This document shows, piece by piece, positions 50,376 to 57,680 of a stretch of DNA of 64,000 nucleotides. Positions within the stretch are counted from its first letter, which is position 1, and every line of letters starts with the position of its first letter. The notes under the pieces were generated by a model. The model worked only from the letters and a program-made list of their open reading frames with translations, ran no database searches and was not told the DNA's origin. Both the position numbers and the translations under genes were made by a program. Source of the DNA: a virus; the IMG/VR virus record IMGVR_UViG_3300027887_000007, positions 32,001 through 96,000 of that record; one strand, given 5' to 3'.

Positions 50376-53300
50376 TCAACGCCCCGATCACTGATTCTAC
50401 AGATTCTTTCAGTGAGGCGTCCATCTGTTTTACAGCGTTGACCAAAATGAAGACCATCGGGGCGTAGTCGAAGATCAGTACGTCAGTCGGTTCTCCCTCG
50501 GCGTAGAGCTGGGCGTTCTCTATGCGCCAGATCGTCCGCGGGGCGACCGGCTCTACTTCCTGCGCGATGATGCCGACGCGGTCGATGTTGTCGTATCCCG
50601 GCTCCCAAAGCTGGTTGTACTTGAAAAATACGGGGTTGATCTTCTCTACAACCTCGATCCCGTCGGTAAACCGCTCGATCTCACGCTTCAGGCGGATATC
50701 GGACGACTTTTTGAACCCCGACAGACCACTGTAACCGGAGAACCCAGAACCAGAGTAGCCGCTGTCACCCGAGTAGCCTGACCCGGACGAGTACCCAGAG
50801 TAGCCCGAGTGACCGCAGTACCCGGACATTCCGGAGTAGCCGCTGTAGCCGCTCTGCGGTGAGGAGTAGCCGCTCCGTCCTGAGACCCCGGAAATCCCCG
50901 AGTGACCGCAGTACCCGGATTTGCCTGGGAAGCCTGAGTACCCGCTATCCGTCGAGGAGTACCCGGATGTACCAGAGAAACCGGAATAGCCTGAGTAACC
51001 TGACGTTCCAAGACCAGCGCTTCCATACCCGGAGTAGGAGCTGTAGCCAGAGTACCCCGACACGGCGCTGTAGCCCGAGATCCCCGAATACCCTGATTCC
51101 CCGCTGTAGCCGGAGTAGCCAGACGCCTGACCTCCACCACCACCGCCAGATGTGACGAACCAACTTCTGGGAGATGGCGGGAGGAGACGAGGCGGGTCTT
51201 GCTGACTGCCGAAGTACGACTGGTACAGGCGCCAGACCTCATCGGCTGACAGCGCCCGATTCCAGAACTGTAGGTCTGATGCTCGGCACTCGTTCCACTC
51301 GAATGAGCCATAGTCTCTCGGGAGCCCGACACCGTAGCTCCAAGCTCTTTCACTGGCAAACGCAGTAGCCGAGCCGTGCGTCTGGGAATCCCAAAGCTTG
51401 CCGTCCACGTAGACGTCTAGGTACCCATTGTCAGACGCGCTCCTGACCACCCAAGTAACTAGGACCCACCTGTTTGTCGGACACGGAGTACCGCCACAGA
51501 CCATCGTGTGATCTTCTGTGACATACCCAAAGAAGTAGCCTTCGGTTGAAATTCCGACCACGGCATTTGTGTAGCCACCGGCCGGACCATCAAGAACATC
51601 GAACAATGAGTTCCATTGAGTGGTCCCAAGATTCAGCACCCAGGCCGATACCGTGTACGCCCCATCCACCGCAATCGGAGTCCGTACGGTGTGAACCGGG
51701 GTATAGAAGTAGTACTGATTGGTGTAGCTGAAGGTGCCACCGAGCTGCGGCCCACGGGCGCCAACCGACCAGTAATCCGGTCCAGCCGGAGCCACGAAAA
51801 TCTCCGGACCTGCTACGTTGTGGAGATAGTTGCCAGATCCCTCGTTGAGAAGCAACCACACCCCAAGCCCTTGGTTGAGCGGGTGGTCTGGATTAGCTTT
51901 CCATCCAGCCCCGACCGGCTTGGTCGGAGGTTCTGATGGTATTGACAGCTTACGGGTGACCGCTTGACTGCCGGATGAAACGAACCACTTGCGCGGCGAC
52001 GACGGGAGAAGGCGCGGATTGTCAGGTGTCCCCCACGGGTGCCGCTGTAGGTACAGCATCTCGTCGATGGACAAGATACGGTTCCAGATGGCGGTTTGAA
52101 TGACCGGAGCGCTGTAATTGCCAACTCCGTTTGCCTTCCCACCTGCGATGTTGAACATGTCCGCGTCGTAGTCGTTGCGATAGTAGATCGGACCCAGTCC
52201 AGTCCCTATATTCGCACTACGTCCAACGGCATAGATGTTGACATCCCCAGCGGCATTCCATGTTTGAAATGCAACAAACCCCATGCGTTGCTCAAACTCA
52301 GTCATGGTGAGGTCGGGACCATCCAGAGTGTGGTTGTTAGCCCCCCCATTTGAGTAGTAATCGCATGTCAGCCCATGAAGCGAACCTGTCCAACAGACCA
52401 GGCCGTATGACGCCGATAGGCTCCCGGCGCCCCTAAATCCGCCAATCGCCACGTTCTGCTCGACAGATCCATAAAACACAAACTCCGTCATGCTCGTTCC
52501 TTCTGGAACGTCCGAGAGCTGTCGCATCGACGTAGTATGTGGCCCGAAGCCCGTCGATTGTACGGCGTGGATCCCGCATCCTCTCCGCGTCTGGGCCCAC
52601 CTAACATTCATCCCGGTGTCAGGAGCATTAGGAATGCCGTAAAACAAAGTCATCCCAGTGCAATACTCCTTCAGTGACGCCCCGACTCCCTCCAAGAGCG
52701 GGTACCACAACGTCATTCCATCGTGAACTGGGTGTTCCCTGTTTACCTGAAATTCGCTTCCAACCGGCTTTGTGAGCGTTTCATCGGGGATGATGAATGC
52801 CCTAGTAAGCCCGGAGTCTCCTCCTCCTGCCGAGTATCCGGACGACCCACTCAGTCCAGATCCACCCGAGTACCCAGATGGCGCCGTGTCGCCCGAATAC
52901 CCAGAAATGCCGGAGTACCCCGAGAACCCGCTGTCTCCGAACCCACGGTACCCGGAGAATCCAGAAGGCGCAGCGCCCGAGTAACCAGAAGACCCGTACC
53001 CCGAGTACCCGGATGCTCCAGAGCATCCCTCCATACCGAACTGGAACACCCAGTTCTGCTCTGGACCTTCCTGAGCGGGGGCGAACCAAACCTCCGGCTG
53101 CGCTGGGACAAAACGAGGATTTTCTGGGGTGCCAAACGGGTGAGAGTAGAGCTCTAGCCACTCCTCCGAGCTCAGTTCCCTGTCCCAGATTTGAATCCAG
53201 TAGATGTTAGCGCCAACCGTTCTGGTTAGCTGGGCTGCTGAGGCGTCGTTGCCAGCGATGACAAACCTACCCGTGCCACCTGTGTCGTAGTCTATCGTCC

Positions 53301-53952
53301 CGGCTGTCTCTGCGGTGGACTTGACGTTCCTGCCGTTAACCCAGAGACGAACAGACCCGCCATCACCCCATGAACCGCCGACTTGCGTTGGAACCGTAAG
53401 ATCGCCACAGTCGTAGGCGTCAGTTTCGTAGATACCAGCACAGTTGACGGCGAAGCTGACGTAGTTCTGCCCAGCGTACGCTGGATTCACGTTTAGGCAG
53501 TACGACGTGTATGGGAACGCGCCATTGTTGTAGGTCTTATCGAGGATCTTTCCAAGCCAGATGTCGCTCGTGGTCCTGCGGAAGTAAGTGGCGACCGAGA
53601 TGCCTTTAGTTGGCTCGCACCAGTTTCCACGCTCGATCCATGTCGCCTGATCCTCGACGGTCGTTCCGGGGTATGCCCGACCCCCACCACGCTCACCAGT
53701 CCAGCGCGGTACAGCCCTAGCCCCCGCACCTCCGATTGTATTGAGCGGGAGCCTGTTGATGAGGCCAATGCCCTCCCCCGCTCCTTCCGTGAAAAGGAAG
53801 ACCTCTCTCAGGCCACGATTTAGCGGGTGATCCCAGTTGACACCAACAGCAGAGTGCGGCTTGAAGGTATAGGCCTGAGGAGCCCGCATCCTGACCGGAA
53901 CCACCGCGGTGAGAGGCCAGTAGAACGGCAGCAGGTTTGGCCCGAATCCCAT
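50362..53952 (-). CDS. Fibre protein: three LamG-like domains, Gly-Tyr-Ser repeats, C-terminal peptidase S74 intramolecular chaperone
   Basis: Three units framed by KP..VN..HP...G and W.R.LS..E...LY..P.G.P..PR; two SGYSG tracts; SSDIRLKREI..GIIAQEV..LVNAVKQ. Confidence 0.85.
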   Translation of the reverse strand: MGFGPNLLPFYWPLTAVVPVRMRAPQAYTFKPHSAVGVNWDHPLNRGLREVFLFTEGAGEGIGLINRLPLNTIGGAGARAVPRWTGERGGGRAYPGTTVEDQATWIERGNWCEPTKGISVATYFRRTTSDIWLGKILDKTYNNGAFPYTSYCLNVNPAYAGQNYVSFAVNCAGIYETDAYDCGDLTVPTQVGGSWGDGGSVRLWVNGRNVKSTAETAGTIDYDTGGTGRFVIAGNDASAAQLTRTVGANIYWIQIWDRELSSEEWLELYSHPFGTPENPRFVPAQPEVWFAPAQEGPEQNWVFQFGMEGCSGASGYSGYGSSGYSGAAPSGFSGYRGFGDSGFSGYSGISGYSGDTAPSGYSGGSGLSGSSGYSAGGGDSGLTRAFIIPDETLTKPVGSEFQVNREHPVHDGMTLWYPLLEGVGASLKEYCTGMTLFYGIPNAPDTGMNVRWAQTRRGCGIHAVQSTGFGPHTTSMRQLSDVPEGTSMTEFVFYGSVEQNVAIGGFRGAGSLSASYGLVCWTGSLHGLTCDYYSNGGANNHTLDGPDLTMTEFEQRMGFVAFQTWNAAGDVNIYAVGRSANIGTGLGPIYYRNDYDADMFNIAGGKANGVGNYSAPVIQTAIWNRILSIDEMLYLQRHPWGTPDNPRLLPSSPRKWFVSSGSQAVTRKLSIPSEPPTKPVGAGWKANPDHPLNQGLGVWLLLNEGSGNYLHNVAGPEIFVAPAGPDYWSVGARGPQLGGTFSYTNQYYFYTPVHTVRTPIAVDGAYTVSAWVLNLGTTQWNSLFDVLDGPAGGYTNAVVGISTEGYFFGYVTEDHTMVCGGTPCPTNRWVLVTWVVRSASDNGYLDVYVDGKLWDSQTHGSATAFASERAWSYGVGLPRDYGSFEWNECRASDLQFWNRALSADEVWRLYQSYFGSQQDPPRLLPPSPRSWFVTSGGGGGGQASGYSGYSGESGYSGISGYSAVSGYSGYSSYSGYGSAGLGTSGYSGYSGFSGTSGYSSTDSGYSGFPGKSGYCGHSGISGVSGRSGYSSPQSGYSGYSGMSGYCGHSGYSGYSSGSGYSGDSGYSGSGFSGYSGLSGFKKSSDIRLKREIERFTDGIEVVEKINPVFFKYNQLWEPGYDNIDRVGIIAQEVEPVAPRTIWRIENAQLYAEGEPTDVLIFDYAPMVFILVNAVKQMDASLKESVESVIGALNGSR

Positions 53953-54743
53953 CAGACGAACCTCGGAACTGTCGGAGTTCCATAGGGGAAGAGGCTGAAT
54001 TGCCTGACTTCATCGTCGGTCAGGCACCTGTTCCAGAGGCAGAAGTACTCGAAGATTCCGTCCCAGACACTATTATTGGTCTGAGTGCCGATCGCCAATG
54101 TTCCGGCTGGGTAGGCTATCGGGTAAGCAGTGGTGTTGACCGTGTTTATGAATACCCCGTCTTTGTAGAACGACGCAAATCCAGTCGTCGTTATGTTCCG
54201 CCACGTACCACCGAGCGTCACCCACGGGTTGCCACCACCGGGAATGCTGATGAGAGAGACGGAGCTCAGGTACCACCCGTGGATACCATAGTCTGTGCCA
54301 CAGTAGGCAAAGCCCAGCTTCCCAGTATCGCCAGGGACAGTGGTTCCCCTGATACCCCATTCATAGAATCCTAAACCTATTATAGTATCCGGAGACCCGA
54401 TCAGCATCCTCGATCCACTTCCGCTGTGGGTATCCAGTTTAACCTTTGCGATTATGGTGTGGTTTTGCACCCGGAGTGGAGAGTTTGCGTTTGCACTGGA
54501 CGGGAGTGCGATGTAATCTCCAGCGCTGCCCGCCTTCAGCTCTAGGAAGTAACCCCACCACGCAGTCCCACCAGGCAGAACGCCTTCTATCCCATACGGC
54601 GCAGAGTGGAGGGTGGATCCCCCACCCTCATTCATCGCCCAGAACGCAACTATGCCATTCGACAGAGGATCTGCCGGATTGAGGGATGGACTGCGGTAGG
54701 TAGGCTTCCGCAGTCCGCCATGAGATTGCAAAGCCCAAGGCAT
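53952..54743 (-). CDS. Single LamG-like (concanavalin A) domain protein
   Basis: DPLSNGIVAFWAMNEGGG, FYKDGV, WDG.FE....WNRCLTDDEV. Confidence 0.8.
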   Translation of the reverse strand: MPWALQSHGGLRKPTYRSPSLNPADPLSNGIVAFWAMNEGGGSTLHSAPYGIEGVLPGGTAWWGYFLELKAGSAGDYIALPSSANANSPLRVQNHTIIAKVKLDTHSGSGSRMLIGSPDTIIGLGFYEWGIRGTTVPGDTGKLGFAYCGTDYGIHGWYLSSVSLISIPGGGNPWVTLGGTWRNITTTGFASFYKDGVFINTVNTTAYPIAYPAGTLAIGTQTNNSVWDGIFEYFCLWNRCLTDDEVRQFSLFPYGTPTVPRFV

Positions 54744-54755
54744 TGCCCACCCCCG

Positions 54756-55199
54756 CTAGGCGGCAGGCGCGTATGTCTTCGGCCTCGCCTTGAGTACCCA
54801 TCCAGCGGATAGGTTCTGATTGGTCCCGTTCTCGATGCTGAACTTGCACGTTTGCGAGATCGGCACGTTCGGCAGTGGGTAGGACGCAGATGCGCTCTGA
54901 CCGCTCGGGATCACGAATGCCCCGACGAACAGGTACTTGTAGGTTGTTGCCGGGGCCGGCGCGTCCTCCGTCCCTCCGACGATGTCGAAATCTTGGCGAT
55001 AGAGATTGACCGTGTAGTTGGCTCCCACGGCGGCGCCGAAGTCGCATGTCAGGACCAGATCAGCCAACGGGTAGTCCGAGGCGTTTGCCACCGCAAGCGA
55101 GGTGTCGTCGGCCGCGACGAATGCGTTTGACGCGGCCGATGCCCCGTTGGCCTCGAGAGTAACAGCTGAAGCGTATGTGTACTTTACCTCGTTTGCCAT
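54756..55199 (-). CDS. Small jelly-roll structural protein (147 aa)
   Basis: True start MANEVKY after GGGGAG; FVGAFVI, CKFSIENGTNQNL; precedes the LamG genes. Confidence 0.6.
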   Translation of the reverse strand: MANEVKYTYASAVTLEANGASAASNAFVAADDTSLAVANASDYPLADLVLTCDFGAAVGANYTVNLYRQDFDIVGGTEDAPAPATTYKYLFVGAFVIPSGQSASASYPLPNVPISQTCKFSIENGTNQNLSAGWVLKARPKTYAPAA

Positions 55200-55207
55200 T
55201 TCTCCCC

Positions 55208-55504
55208 CTAGACAGCGAACGTGTTGACCGCGTTGGTGACGGCAGTGATGATCTGTCCGTCGGTACAACCAGTCGGATTGGCGAGTACGTTCGCATCGGC
55301 GATGACGGCCCACATGATCTTGTCCGTTGCGGATTCCGTATTGATCAGAGCATCCTTCGCCCATGTGAGCCGGGCAGCGTGATTTGCGGTCCCCGGATCC
55401 TCCGCGAGGATGTCGATCGAACACTTCGCTACCGCCGCGATCGTCCGACTCCGAAGCGTCTGGTTGGTGACTTTCGTGTTGTAGGCCTCAAGCAGCGTTG
55501 CCAT
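55208..55504 (-). CDS. Small helical hypothetical protein
   Basis: LRSRTIAAVAK...EDPGTANHAARLTWAK...TDGQI..AV; GAGGAG RBS. Confidence 0.65.
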   Translation of the reverse strand: MATLLEAYNTKVTNQTLRSRTIAAVAKCSIDILAEDPGTANHAARLTWAKDALINTESATDKIMWAVIADANVLANPTGCTDGQIITAVTNAVNTFAV

Positions 55505-56171
55505 TTTGTTTCTCCTCTAGCGCCTCATCTCTGAGGGCGTCTTTGTAAGTGTAGTCGTATGACCCGACGTGGATCATGAGCTTAGACAGATCGTGATCCA
55601 CGTAGAGCTTGAAACCGGAGTCCATGGCTCGTTGAGAAAAGTAGTAGTCCTGATAGACGTACCGCCGATTCTGCTCGCTGTACCCCATGAGGAACCACGG
55701 GTGAGCCATCTTCTCGTACACCTCCCGGGCCACCAGCGTTAACCCCTGCGGGAGCAACTTGACCTCCTCAAGCCCGGTTGACGTCTCCTTCGTGATAATC
55801 CTTTTGTCCTTCCCGGCCGCGGTGAACCTCTGACGCTTTCCTTTGTTGGTCGAGTAGTTCGCCCCAACGATCGGAAGCCGATGCCGGGCGAGACGGTGTA
55901 TGGCGTCTGGAGGGAACCCCATGTCATCCTCGACGCTGCAAAAGTGCGTCCACCTCACCTGCTTGTCCTCCAAGTACTTTTCGACCAGGCGCTCGTAGTT
56001 CTCCGCAATCCCGCTTCCTTCTGTCCCGTCGGGGACGAAGTACTGGGTGTCGCAATCCTCAAACACCCTAACGTGCGAGAAGTACATCGCCATTCTGGCG
56101 AGGCACATCGCATACTTCAGCCGGCACAGACCAGTCGACGGCGTCAAAACGGCAACGGCGAAATCTCCCAT
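55488..56171 (-). CDS. GT-A fold glycosyltransferase-like protein (paralog of 37686-38327)
   Basis: THFCSVEDDMGFPPD, PIVGANY, GLTLVAREVY, HPWF, QDYYFS...GFKLYVDHDLS...HVG. Confidence 0.75.
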   Translation of the reverse strand: MGDFAVAVLTPSTGLCRLKYAMCLARMAMYFSHVRVFEDCDTQYFVPDGTEGSGIAENYERLVEKYLEDKQVRWTHFCSVEDDMGFPPDAIHRLARHRLPIVGANYSTNKGKRQRFTAAGKDKRIITKETSTGLEEVKLLPQGLTLVAREVYEKMAHPWFLMGYSEQNRRYVYQDYYFSQRAMDSGFKLYVDHDLSKLMIHVGSYDYTYKDALRDEALEEKQNGNAA

Positions 56172-56179
56172 ATTCCACC

Positions 56180-57202
56180 TCAAAGCTGAGCGATCGAAGC
56201 GAGGAACCGTTCTTTGTCTCCCGTAGACTCGAACTCCTCGGATAGACGCTTCAGCTCGAGTATCTTACCGTTCAACTCCTTGATAGCGTTAGTGAGAAGA
56301 AAGACCAGTGGCGCTACGTCGAACAGGATGATCTCGGTCTCCTCGCCCTCTTCGATAAGCTTGCCGGTGACCTTCCGGATGGTGTACGGAGCTAGAGCCT
56401 CGATCTCCTGACCGACGATCCCAACTTGGAGTACGTCGTCGTTCTTGGTCTCCCACAGGCCGTTCCACTTGAACGTGATCGGGTTGATCTTCCTCAGAAC
56501 CTCTAGGCCGTCCTTGAATGCGCGGATGTCGCGCTTGAGTCGAATATCGGACGATGCCCCCGAGTATCCCGATCGGCCCGAATAGCCAGAAACTCCTGAA
56601 AATCCGCTTCGGCCCGAATAGCCAGAATAGCCTGAAGTCCCGCAGTACCCCGAAACTCCCGAATAGCCCGAGTAGCCTGAGCTGGAGTATCCCGAGATGC
56701 CAGAGTATCCCGAGTAGCCTGAGCTGGAGTAACCCGACACCCCGCTGTACCCAGAAAAGCCTGACGTCCCGCAATAGCCGCTGACGCCTGAGAATCCGCT
56801 GTAGCCCGAGCTGGAGTAGCCACTTGTCCCCGAGAAACCAGATCCGCCACTACCGCCCGAGTACCCACTTTCGCCCGAGAAGCCGCTGACCCCGCTAAAC
56901 CCCGAAACCGCCGAGTACCCCGAGATCCCCGAATAACCCGAAGTTCCAGAAAATCCAGAAGTGGCCGCACCTGAGATCCCAGAGTACCCCGAGTATCCTG
57001 ACGGACCAGAGTAGCCACTGTCGGTCGAACCCGGTCCGCTATAGCCTGATGGGCCACTGTAGCCGGAATCGCCCCCGCCGCCAGAGTAGCCCGAAATCCC
57101 TGAGTAGCCAGATGTCGACGAGTAGCCCGAATAGCCTGAAACCCCGGAGTACCCGGAGATCCCAGAATAACCACTCATCGACGCAATCTTGTCCCAGCCC
57201 AT
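56180..57202 (-). CDS. Gly-Tyr-Ser repeat fibre protein with C-terminal peptidase S74 chaperone
   Basis: About 200 aa of G-X-S triplets, then SSDIRLKRDI..GIVGQEIE..LTNAIKEL. Confidence 0.85.
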   Translation of the reverse strand: MGWDKIASMSGYSGISGYSGVSGYSGYSSTSGYSGISGYSGGGGDSGYSGPSGYSGPGSTDSGYSGPSGYSGYSGISGAATSGFSGTSGYSGISGYSAVSGFSGVSGFSGESGYSGGSGGSGFSGTSGYSSSGYSGFSGVSGYCGTSGFSGYSGVSGYSSSGYSGYSGISGYSSSGYSGYSGVSGYCGTSGYSGYSGRSGFSGVSGYSGRSGYSGASSDIRLKRDIRAFKDGLEVLRKINPITFKWNGLWETKNDDVLQVGIVGQEIEALAPYTIRKVTGKLIEEGEETEIILFDVAPLVFLLTNAIKELNGKILELKRLSEEFESTGDKERFLASIAQL

Positions 57203-57203
57203 A

Positions 57204-57680
57204 TCAACTCAGAAGGTAGACGTCACAGGTGTCAGTGTCTAGGTACAGGTCTCCAGCGACGGCGCCTGGGATCGACCCCGGAGCTCCAGATCCGGTGAAC
57301 CACTGCGTTCCCCGAGCGCCCGAGTAGGCGCTGATCCCAGAGTACCCACTGTAGCCCGAGGTCCCCGGACTGGAGTAACCAGAAATCCCACTGTAGCCCG
57401 AGGGCGAGGAGTAGCCTGAGATTCCCGAATAGCCCGACGTCCCAGAGTATCCCGACGATGACGAGTACCCAGAAATCCCTGAGAATCCAGACAGGCTAGA
57501 GTATCCCGAAATCCCCGAATACCCAGAAGGCGACGAATAGCCACTAATTCCCGAGTAGCCCGAACTGGACGAGTATCCGCTGATCCCCGAATAGCCCGAT
57601 ACGCCGGAGTAGCCGGAGTAACCCGATCGGCCCGAGTAGCCTGAGTATCCGCTGATGTTGCTCTGCTTTGTCCAGCTCAT
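57204..57680 (-). CDS. Gly-Tyr-Ser repeat fibre extender with C-terminal knob
   Basis: MSWTKQSNISG, G-X-S triplets, GTQWFTGSGAP..GDLYLDTDTCDVY. Confidence 0.8.
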   Translation of the reverse strand: MSWTKQSNISGYSGYSGRSGYSGYSGVSGYSGISGYSSSSGYSGISGYSSPSGYSGISGYSSLSGFSGISGYSSSSGYSGTSGYSGISGYSSPSGYSGISGYSSPGTSGYSGYSGISAYSGARGTQWFTGSGAPGSIPGAVAGDLYLDTDTCDVYLLS

